A stretch of 64,000 nucleotides of DNA, taken from the human T2T-CHM13v2.0 reference genome, Homo sapiens. The notes below the pieces were generated by a model, which worked only from the letters and a program-made list of their open reading frames with translations, was not told the origin of the DNA and ran no database searches. The stretch lies in assembly GCF_009914755.1 (NCBI RefSeq), contig NC_060927.1; one strand, written 5' to 3'. The stretch's first letter is position 1, and every line of letters begins with the position of its first letter. The position numbers and the translations under genes are program-made. Of this stretch, positions 52,323 through 64,000 are shown piece by piece.

Positions 52323-53024
52323 GTAAGGTTTTTGTTTTTGTTTTTGTTTTCCTGGTTGCATTAATTTTTTTTTATTAAAAACCTTTTTGTTATTCATATA
52401 TTGCTCTAAGGTAAATTACCAAGTAGATTTCAAATGCTGGGCAACAGTGGAACTTTCTGATTTGAATTTAAACAAACATGTCTAATACTGAGACAATGAC
52501 CAGGCCTGTAACTGAAAATGATCAGGGCTGCAATTCTTCCCTACAGGTGCTGATATTTCCTTAGTTTAAGCATAATGAGACCCATTTAGGCAGCACATTG
52601 CAAGGGAATAAGTGCACTCGTATAAGATGATGGGCAAGTCACTAAACCTTCCACATATCCTTCACTCCATCTTGTCCTACATCCAGAAATACATTGCCTG
52701 GAGTATTTCCTTGCTTAATTAACCAACAATTCTGATAAATAAAAAACCACTGCTTGTTTCCAAAATAAGACTAATTAAAGTCCATTGTTCATAGTGGGTA
52801 ATTAGAATTGAGCCCAACCTTCCCTGATAGTGGAGGCATTTTGTTTTACTCAGATAAGTATTTATTAGGAACAGGTTTGGAATACTTTTAAGCCAGGAAA
52901 ATACCTACATTTTTGCATGGGATATCTAGAACCCCTCTTTGCTTTTTGGAGGTATACAAATTTCATTTTTGTGCCTATAAACACCAGAAAAAAAGAAAGA
53001 GACAGATAGACTAGACTGTCATTT

Positions 53025-53180
53025 TCAAATGTTAATATGCATGTGAGTTACCTGGGGACATGGTTAAATTCATATTCTGACTCTAGAGGTCTAGGGTGAT
53101 GTTTGATTCCTCCATTTCTAAAAAGCTCCCATATATTAGTCATGCTTCTTGTAAACAGAACATACTTTGAATAGTAAAAG
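53025..53180. mobile_element. MER5-family fragment
   Basis: gagttacctggggacatggttaaattcatattctgactctagaggtctaggg...catactttgaatag. Confidence 0.65.
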
Positions 53181-54280
53181 ACTTGACTGACTCAGAGGTA
53201 AGCTCGGAGGGCTTACCTCTAAATCCAAAGTCTATTCCTAATGTGGCCCTCACATTTAGAAATAGTGACTTAGTCTCCAAATTCTAGAAAACATCCTTAA
53301 ATGTCTCAGTCATATTATTAAGTTAAACATACTCAGCAATCCAAATAATGGTGGTTACTAAATCTTAGTTTGTTTTCTATAGATGGAGTTTTGCATATCT
53401 TTGAATGAAATTTCTCAGAATAGTCATTTCTCATGGATTTAAGAGACCGTATTTTATTTTCATAGAGTATGGGTCTCATAGCATTTATCAAATAAATAAT
53501 TATTGATTGATTAAATGATTCTTAAGAAAGTGACAAATAGGGGCTTTACATCAGTTTTTAATTGTCTGCCTTTTAAGACATAATGAACTTTCACCATTTT
53601 CAGGCTTTTTCAGAAGTTAAGGTTTATAAAAATATTAAATGTCATCAAATTCTTTGATAATTAGATAATTAATTTTAAAAGAAAACCAATGAAAGAGAGT
53701 ATCTGAAAAGAATATTAATAGCTTATTTAATCATATTTGGCATCAGGAAATATAGATTCCTGAAATTAAAAAATGGTCTTCCACAATAAAATAATTGAAA
53801 ATGTTGAGGCTATTTCTCAAGAATCTAATGAAAATAATTTCATTTGCTAAGCACCTATAACTAAGCATTTATGATACAATATATATAATTGTCATAATCT
53901 TGCAGGGCAAGTTACGTTTTCATTACATATGAGAAACTGAAGCTCAGATTGGAGAAGTAACCTGTTCAATCTTATGTTTCTATTCAGAGGAAGCAAGCAA
54001 TTCAAACCCAGGCCCACCTGATTTTAAATTCTGAATTTAGGAACTTCTAAGTAAATAGTAAGAGAACTGCTTTTGAAATCCTGGGAGACAGATTCAATTC
54101 CCAATTTTCTGAAGAGTTATTTGATTGTTAGCAAACGTGCTTATAATCTCTATGAATTACCATATTTTCATCTGAAAGGAGTTATGATGATTCCACCTTG
54201 TATGTTTGTTGTGAAGATTAGAATGGATAATACATGTTAAAACATTAAGACTTGGCATTTATGTAATAAATGCTCACTGA

Positions 54281-54615
<335 letters not shown>

Positions 54616-54780
54616 GCATTCTGCTTTTATATAAGCAATGTTTGAATTAGTGAGGATGCCCAAGGGAGAGTAGGTGTCTCAGAGGGGGTATGAATTCTCA
54701 TCTTTCCCAGCCCACTCCTGTTCTCTCTGTCTCAGGATTGATGACAGTATAAGAGAGAAAGGAGCAATTAGGGTCAGTTC

Positions 54781-54886
54781 AGGAAGGAAGGAAGGAAGGA
54801 AGGAAGGAAAAAGAAAAGAAAGAGAAAGAAAGAAAGAAAGATAAAGAAAGAGAGAGAAAGAAAGAGAAAGAAAAAGAAAGAAAGAA

Positions 54887-54918
<32 letters not shown>

Positions 54919-54940
54919 AAGAAAGGAAGAAAAGGAGAGA
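54781..54940. repeat. Compound polypurine microsatellite, (GGAA)7 followed by (GAAA/GA)n
   Basis: 160 bp of purines with a single T. Confidence 0.95.
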
Positions 54941-55292
54941 TAACATGATCAATATAGTCTTTGAACTGCTCACATACCAGTTTCTTAAATTTATTTATTT
55001 TTATATTATTCAAACCTATAGAAAAGTTGAAAGAGTAACACACGGACATCATATACTCTATCTGAATTGACCAAGTGTAAACCTGTGCTACATTCCCTTT
55101 CTCTCTCTCTCTCCCCCTCTCTCTCTTTCTTTCTCCACACACAAATATATTTAACCAGATACATGGTAAGATCTAATCAGGAAAAATGAAGCTTGGGATA
55201 TATGAGGTATATGGAATAATTTAAAAATAAATAAAGCAGTGTCTTATTTTCTATTAACTCCATGGTGATGGAAATAATCAACGTATTATTAA

Positions 55293-55634
<342 letters not shown>

Positions 55635-57019
55635 CCTAAACTTTTGACAAAAATTAAACTAGCAATATTTGACCCAGAAAAATTTGAGTTGGAAAATTAA
55701 TAGTTTAAAAAACTCTCAAAATGTAAAATCTGATGTGTATGTACAAAAGAAACCCCCTGATAAATAAATCATGTTGGTTAAGTTTATGCAGGAAATAACC
55801 GTTGAACATGAAATAATGTTAAATGGGAATAGGAAAATAATATAAATTACCAAACCATACCTCATAGAAAATTGTCAAGGAAATTCTTGATTTAATAGAG
55901 TACACTCCCTGAATTGTTGTCTAACAAAATTAATCAATGTTGAGATTATGTTTATTAAATGAAGGCATTAATATAGAATTGAAATACCTTGGGGTAAAAA
56001 TGGAAAGTCTGAAGCATCTGCTCGGTCAAAGCGGTAGCGTTAAGATGCCCTGTATAACAATCTTACATTTTGTGTAGTTGGAGTGCAGATACATTTCTCA
56101 TTTCTTCAAAACAACGAAATGTATGTGAAAATACTTTGACTACTTTGGAAAACTTACAAATGTGAGTTACTACCAAAAAGAATTTTATATATGCTTGCCA
56201 ATAGTTTTCAGAAAACAAATTAAATTATCTTTGACACATTGCAAACATACTGAAAATGCCTTTGAGTCCATTATAAATTAAGGTATTTAGCAAATGCCAT
56301 ATTGTCTTCTAAATATATAAAATTAACAAGCATAAAAGGCGACACACTCACTAGAAGATTAATTATGTTATAGGTATATAATTAACAATCTGAAAATAAA
56401 AAGTCAAACGTCTTATCTTCAAAATTATAAATCTGTATTTGTAAGTTTGTTGCCAAGTGTTTTTATAAAGTCTATTGTTTATTATAAATCATATTCTCTA
56501 ACATCTCTTCATAAAAATATTGCTGTGCAGCATTTGGTTTTAGTCATTTTTTTCCCCAATTGTGGGGACTCCCTTTTACTAATCCTTCTAAATCTTCCTG
56601 TCTACTTTGTGATGTACTTTACTCTTTTGTAAGATGTTGCATAACCTCAAAACTGAGAAAAGCTAGTTGACTTGAGGAATAAAATCAAATATTTTTTTCT
56701 TATTACATTACTATTCATTGACTGCTATTTAAGCTATAGACTACACATTTATTAGACTAAGATGTATATATTTTAATAGATGGGGGAAAGAGAGAGAGAA
56801 GAGGGAGGAAGGAAATCAATAGGTGGGTAGAAGGAAAAAGAAATGAAAATATAGAAAGACCAGCTCCAGTGCCAGATCTTATTACATTTTTTATTTTTAG
56901 GTCATAAGAGAGCTTCTGATATAAAAATTGGCTTTTGTTAAATGTTTGTTTAATGTACCCCATACATGTGCTCACATAACTAGGAAATATCACCCCCTAT
57001 CACTGGGAATATTTTTTCT

Positions 57020-58630
57020 CTTGAGGTTGTAGATTATTTTTGTTATTTATTTATCTTGCTTTGTTTTCTCTGAAATTCCTGAGTCTATGGTTTGGTGTTT
57101 GTCATTATTTTTGAAAACTATTCAGGCATGATTACTTCAAACATTTATTTGTTTGTTTTTTTCTCCTTTTAGTATTTGTTTTACATTATCTTTTATGCCA
57201 TTTGTAATCTCCCTTCTGTCCAAGTTCTTAATCTTTTTAAAATTTTTAATTATTTTTATCTTTGCATCTCAGTTTGGGAGGTTCTATTGATACTGCTTGT
57301 CATTCATTTACTTCCCCCCTTAGCTATGTTCAGTCTACTGGTGAGCCCATCAAAGCCATCCCTCATTTGTGTTATAACTTATTTTATTTCCAGCATTTCC
57401 TTTTGATCCTTTCTTAGAGTTTTCTTCTCTGTGCTTACATTATCCATTTGTTCTTGTATGCTGTTCACTTTTTTATTAGAGCACTTAATATATTAATTAT
57501 AGTAATTCAAAATTACAGTCTGATAATAACTGTTCAATTTTAAAGCCTCAGCCTGATAGTCCTAAAAGTTTCATTGTATTTGAGTCTAGTTATCATGGTT
57601 GTTTTGTCTCTTCAGACTGTTTTTTAGCAGGCTTTGCACTTTTTTTTGAATCCTGGTCATTATTATATCAGATTAAAGGAACTTCAATAACTAAACTTTT
57701 AGCGTGAGGTTTTATGTTTTTCTAGCTAGGGTTAGACTGTAATTACTGTTGGCTCTAGCTGTGGTATCAGAGGTTAAATTTTAGCTAGTACCTTTGCTTT
57801 TATCTCCACTCTTGCCCTTGGCTTTCCCTAGAGACTCTTTCCTAAATAGCATCTAAAGCTTGCCGTTATTTCAGCTGTAATTCTCTGCACTGTAATTATA
57901 TAGGAGCCCTAAATAAGTCCTCGCTTGCTAATTCTATCATCTCAGTTATTTGTGGGTCTGTTGCTATTGGCTGCTTTTTCTCCTAGTCACAGTTCTCATT
58001 TTTTTGCTTGTTTGGATATCTAGTAATTTAAGATTGAATAGTAGACATCATAAATGTCTTGTTGTTGAATGCTAAATTGTGGTGAGTTTATTAAAAAGCT
58101 TTTTGAACTTTATTTTGATAGGCAGTTGTTATACTACTGTGAATCCTCGAGTTTTCTGTGGTTATTAAGGCTGGTTTACTACTAAGATGAAATCCCCAAC
58201 TGAATGCTTCAGATGTTCACCAAATTTTTCTTCTCTGGCATAGTGGAGCTCTCATGTCTTCCAGGCCTATTTGAGCTCTGAAAATTATTCTTTGCCCAGC
58301 CTCATGTGACACTCCTATGCAGATCTTCAGAGCACATTATTTGAGTAATGCCATTCTTTCTAACACTGTGCTCTGCAATTCCAGCCACTTCAGCCTCTCC
58401 AAATCTTATCTTTGTCTTCTCAGCTTAGTGACACAGTACTTTACTACTTATGTCTCCCCTACCTACTCCCTGATCTGGATGGAAAGCATCTCTACACAGA
58501 AAATAAGGGCTACCAAAACCTTACTTCATTTATTTCCCCTCTTTCAGGATCATACTTTTGTGTTGCCAATTGTTCAAGTTCCAGAAAGAGGTTTTTTTTT
58601 TCATATATTTGTCTAGTTTTTCACTGTTTT
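57020..58630 (-). mobile_element. Old L1M 5'/ORF1-region fragments
   Basis: ggtttggtgtttgtcattatttttgaaaactattcaggcatgattacttcaaac, gttcagtctactggtgagcccatcaaag and gctaattctatcatctcagttatttgtggg. Confidence 0.55.
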
Positions 58631-59017
58631 TGAAATACTAATTACAGAGGTAAATACAGTGAGGCTTAGATAAATTAAGTGACTTAACCAATGTAAGTTG
58701 CATAAGTTGCATATCTGGGATTCAAATCTACATCTCATAGATTCTGACTTCAAAACTCATGCTTATAACACTTTCATATTTATATTGAATTAACTTCTAA
58801 GTATCTGACTTACTTAATCCTCCATGTGCAGATGTAGTATGACCCTCAATTATGTAAATATTTTACAAGAAAAAGGCTTGAAAGAATTCAGCAAAATGTT
58901 AAAAAATGCTTTATCTAGGGAATGGAATTATAGATATATTTCCCATTTATATTATCTATAATAACTAATATTCCAGCAACAAGTAAGTTTTAATTTTATA
59001 TATTAAAAATAACCCTT

Positions 59018-59310
59018 GGCCGGGCGCAGTGGCTCACGCCTGTAATCCCAGCACTTTGGGAGGCCGAGGTGGGTGGATCACGAGGTCAGGAGTTCAAGAC
59101 CAGCCTGGCCAAGAAGGTGAAACCCCCTTATCTACAAAAAATACAAAAAATTAGCCGGGTGCAGTGGCAGACACCTGTAATCCCAGCTCGGGAGGCTGAG
59201 GCAGGAGAATTGCTTGAACTCAGAGGGTGGAAGTTGCAGTGAGCTGAGATCGTGCTGCTGCACTCCAGCCTAAAGACAGAATGAGACTCTGTCAAAAAAA
59301 AAAAAAAAAA
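59018..59310 (+). mobile_element. AluS (Sg/Sx3-like)
   Basis: ggccgggcgcagtggctcacgcc...gatcacgaggtcaggagttcaagaccagcctggccaag, with A tail. Confidence 0.93.
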
Positions 59311-60824
59311 ACAAAATTCAAAAGATAAACTTGTAAAAATTCAAGCTGTGTTTTAATGAGAAGAAAAAAGTGTTTTCAAAAACATCAAAAATCAGGTTTA
59401 TACACCTTATTATTTTATAGATGATGATGGCAATGTACACCATTTCTAAAAGTCTGGTATACCTGATTAGGTAGCACTCAGAAAACATAGCTTCTGTCAC
59501 GGATACCATCATGCAGACAGAATGTATAAAAAGTGAGGTCTAGAGAAGAACAGGTGAAGTGTTTACTCATATAATCTAACAATCTTAAACCACTATAAGC
59601 TAGTGTGAGTATAGAATAATTAAGACAAAGCTTCAAGTAATTGTCTTAACTTTAATTGCTATGACTTTGGGGATATGTAACTGACTTCCTTTGTTGGAGT
59701 TTCAGAGCTGACATGATCACAGCTTTCAACTCTCAGCTTTGTCTCATTTGTTTAACATGGTGGACTCTTAATTATGAAAGCTGCAAATTAATTGTATTGT
59801 GAAATACCCTGAGAAGCTCCTTGTATAGGTGCTATGCAAATGTAGTATGATTGACTGATAGATATGTACGTCTCCTTTGAAAAAAATATGGGCTCTTGCT
59901 GAGTGAAGAAATTAAACTGATATCCCCCATAACTCTATTCTACTGCTTTTATAAACAACCAAACATATTTTCCTTTTTTTAAAAAAATCTTAATTTAGTA
60001 CCTTTTCTGTCAGTGTTCTGGAATGTAAATAACATTAGTAGCAGCACTGAACGTTCCTGTGTGTTCTGAAGCCTTCACACAGAGGACTATATTTATGTGT
60101 ACATGTATAACTTATTTTTTTTTCTAATTTATGAAGCTAAAGATACCCAGCTTGGCTATTAATGTCAAGCAACAAATCTGAAGTCTCACTATGATGTTGT
60201 TAGGTGTTCCAGAATTTTCAGGTGACAGAGGAGCTATTTCTTATAGTGTTTGCTTTTCGTCTTACTAATGTGGACATCATTGCAGATTATACTGCAGAAA
60301 GATTTTTCAAGTCACTTAAGATGAAAATAACATTTTTAAATCAAGCTAGGCACACTGAAATTTTTCAGTTCCTTAGCGATTATTTTTGGTTTATTGAATT
60401 AATCACTCAGGTATCTTAATGATTTTGAAACTGGATGTCTAAAAAATTGTTTACCTTTTGTTTCCCCTCATTGAGTTGAGCAGATAGAGAACAGAATCTC
60501 TTCCTAGGCATAGTTTACCCCATTCACTCCAGAAATGTATACTGAAACCTAATCTTTAGATTCTTGCTAATGGCTTTTTCTATAACACGATATTATCAAT
60601 AACTTTTTTTTAACATGACGTGGTATTGCTTGGCATAAAATAATCAAGTAAACTCTATAGAACACTCACCTCTGTTGACCATGCTCACAAATCTGAGAAC
60701 TAAAAAATCTTCAAGCCAATTATTCAGAAATTGAAAGATAACATTAAACCCACTACACTCTCACATAAACAAGCGCTCAACCTAGCAATAAATAATTTAT
60801 CAGTGAATTTACTAGCATTTGAAG

Positions 60825-61060
60825 GCAAATGGTATGCTGAAAAGTGTGGACTTTAAGTTCAAATAGAGCAGGATTGGAGTCTTAACTTCACTTGTCAATA
60901 GCTGGATGACTTTGGTCAGTTTTCTTATCTGTATAAGGAAGGCAAAAATGATAGAGAGAGAATAAATAGATACAGCAGAATGTTTGTAAGGACTGGAAAT
61001 ACTATTAAGCTCACTTACTAAATTTCCTGACCCATAATAGGCATTAAATAGTAACTACTT
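60825..61060 (+). mobile_element. MIR
   Basis: gaaaagtgtggactttaagttcaaatagag...gctggatgactttgg...ttttcttatctgtataagg. Confidence 0.55.
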
Positions 61061-61699
61061 TATTAATCCTGGGAATTGTCAAAGCTGCTTTGACTGAGGA
61101 GGTAAAAAGGAACATGTAAGAAGGAGCGAAGTGGTTTCTGTATTATATTTTTGTGTTAAGGGACTTCCCCAGAAGAATAGATTTATCATTTTAAATTCTG
61201 TTCAATCTTTCTAAGAGTTACTGACGTTTCCTCACTCACTCATTTGACAAATTGAGCACAAATTATTCATTCACTTAGCAAATATGTATTGAATACCTCA
61301 TTCCATCATTAATTCCTTCATTTCTTCATTTAGGTAGTCAGTCAGGAGGGATTCTCCAAAGGACAGACACTTGGCCCTGGGAGATAAAGAAGATTACATA
61401 AAGGCCCCGGGGAGGTTGCAGGCTAATGAAAATAAGATTGATGTAACAATGTGCAATCACACATTCTCTTGGGATCAGCTCTTTCCTTCCAGACTTTCAG
61501 TGAAGGAAGAGTCAAGGATCCTCACTTTGGGAGCTTTACTGATTATCTTTTTCCCACGCTGCCCTTTATCAAATAGAGACTGGAGAGGGTCACTGTCATT
61601 TCTTTAGCAGAGCTAATTTTAGGCTATTATTTAAGGGTTTCTTGTATTTCTGAGAAATGGAAAATTATTTCTTCCTTTTTTCCCCTCTGTTCATAAATA

Positions 61700-62591
61700 C
61701 ATTTTTTAACTAATGGATTTTAAAGAATAGTTTTAGAACAGAAATATTGAACGGATAGTACAGAGAGGTCCAATATAACCCCCCCACACACAATTTCCCT
61801 TGTTACTAACATCTTACGTTATTATGATGCATTTGTTACAATTAACCAGCCAATACTGATGTCTGATTATTATAAAGTCCATATTTTATTCAAATTTATT
61901 TGGTATTTATGCCCTTCTATTCCAAGATTCCATCCAGAATACCATATTACATCGAGTTTTCTTGTCTCATTAGTCTTCTCTTGTCTGTAGCAGAATCTCA
62001 GACATTTCTTGTGTTTGATGTCCCTGACAGTTTTGAGGGGTGGTGGTCAGTTTATTGTAGGCTGCCCCTCTGTTAGAATGTGTCTGTATTTGTCATAATT
62101 AGACTGGGGTTACAAGTTTTGGAGAGGAAGAACATAAAGGTAAGGAACAATTTTCATTACATATCAAGGTTAACTTTATCATAATGATTTATGACAGATG
62201 ATGCTGGCCTTGATTACCTGGCTGAAATACTTTTTATCAGGGTTCTCCACTGTAAAATTACTCTTTTCTCCCACTCCATACTGACTCTTTGGAAATGGGT
62301 GACTATGTGTAGTCCACATTTGATGAATAGAGTGTTGTGCTTCACCTTCTGCAGAATAATGAGACTATAGAATTCTTCTACCTGTGAAATGTGTCACTTC
62401 TTCCTCATTTATTAATATTTAATAATTTACTTCTGTCAGTACTGACTCACATATAATTATTTTAGACTTTGGGTTGTAATTCTGTGCTACTTTGTTTATT
62501 TTGCTGCTCAAATTGTTTTAGCTTTTGCCATTGGGAGACTTTTAAGTTGGATCTTGTGCCCTTTGTTATGCACTCATCAATGTATGGGGTG

Positions 62592-62635
<44 letters not shown>

Positions 62636-64000
62636 ACCTGTTAGCACTTTCTTATTTACTGGCATTAAAGATGTTCCAGGTTCATCTTGTATGTTTCATG
62701 CCCTAGTCATAGAAGCAGTCATGTCTCCAAGGATAGGGTCTTGTTATTGAAGAATGACATCAGAAACCAATATCTGGGTACTAGGTGTGCTTGTTGCTGC
62801 TGGAGTGTCATTTATTTAGGCGCTCTCAGATGACAGAGAAAAGAAGTATGTGTGTCTATACTAATTATTATGTACATATATCTATAAGTATTTCTACATA
62901 CAGCTATTTGTATTATGTTAAATTAAACATATGATCTTGTTGTTGTCTCCGACTCTAATCCATTACCACATGGATCACTCTGCTCTCCTCCACTTACTGA
63001 TCAGTACCTTTCCACTCCACACAGTGCTGTCCCATTTTGCAATACCACCAGTAATAAATTAGAATTTTGATTTCTCTTAATCTACACCAGCATTTGATAT
63101 TGTGTGTGTTTTTGTTTTGTTTTGTTTTTTAGCCATTCTTACAGGTGTATAGTGGTATTTCCTTGTTGTTTTAATTGGTAATTCTCTAACGGCAAAGGAT
63201 GTGAACATCTTTTAATGTGATTATTTGCTATCTATTTATCTTCTTTAGTAAGACGTCTGCTTATATCTTTTCTACATTTTTAATTGGTATGTTTATTTTC
63301 TTATTGATGAGCTTTAAGAATTCTTTGCATATTTTGAACATAAGCCTTTTATCAGATATGCGTTTTGCCAATATTTTCTCCCAGTCTGTGACTTGTCTTT
63401 GCATTTCCTTAACAATGTCCTTAACAAAGCACAAGGTTTTTATTTTAATGATGTGCAGGTTATCAATTTTTTTTCCAATAAACGGTGTTTTTGGCATTAA
63501 ATACAAAAACTCATCACTATATCCAAGGTTACCTAGATATTCTCCTCTGTCATCTTCTAGAGCTATTATAGCTTTATGTTTTGCATTTTCATTGATGGTC
63601 CATTTTGCATTAATTTTTGTGAAAGATATGACTTCTGGGTCTATTCATTTTATAACATATGGACTTCCAATCGTTCCAGTATCTGTTAAAAAGACAAATT
63701 TTTCTCCACTGTATTGCGTTTGCTCCTTTGTCAAAGATATGCTGACTGTATTTGTATAGGTCTATTACCGGGATCTCTTTTGTTCCATTGCTCTGTCTAT
63801 TCTTTTGCCATTACCACATTGCCTCAATTACTGTAGCTTTACGGTAAATCCTGAAGTCAGGTAATGTCAGTACTCCAACTTTATTCTTCTTCTTCAGCAT
63901 TGTGTTGGCTATTTTGTTTTGTTTTGCTTTCCTTGTCTTTCCATACAAACTTAGAATCATTTTGTCTATATCCATGAAATAGCAATTGGGGTTTTGATTG
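61700..64000 (-). mobile_element. L1MC-like 3' UTR and ORF2 3' region, running off the window
   Basis: tttgttacaattaaccagccaatactgat and ttccaagattccatccagaataccatattac. ORF 63261..63506(-) resembles ORF2p (IKIKTLC...RQVTDWEKILA..ISDK). Confidence 0.85.
62595..62634. repeat. (TG)20 microsatellite
   Basis: Direct reading. Confidence 0.95.

Noticed and set aside
54774-55142. Phe/Leu/Ser-rich membrane-like ORFs
   Set aside because: They are translations of the purine microsatellite.
63217-63759. 180-aa hydrophobic ORF, the longest in the track
   Set aside because: It is the antisense frame of degraded L1 ORF2. The hydrophobicity comes from T-richness.

Overview
Human/primate genomic DNA, AT-rich and CpG-poor, lying entirely inside one large + strand gene. 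Three short GT-AG exons (32721-32816, 49932-50135, 52220-52322) splice in frame to [77 protein letters not shown]...[39 protein letters not shown] recognise this as the Ig2 to Ig3 region of contactin-6 (CNTN6/NB-3). The rest is intron filled with about 17 Alu elements or monomers, L1, L2, L3, MIR, THE1/MLT/MER41 LTRs, hAT DNA transposons and microsatellites. Almost every entry in the ORF track is repeat-derived or random. I found no evidence for a new multi-gene biological system. The points worth a second look are local: a 5'-inverted L1PA with a roughly 3 kb internal gap and templated insertions, a candidate poison micro-exon before the third exon, an inverted MER41 pair of which one keeps a GAS motif, and inverted Alus around the exons. 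Repeat subfamily calls come from recalled consensus sequences rather than from a search, and the boundaries of old repeats are approximate.
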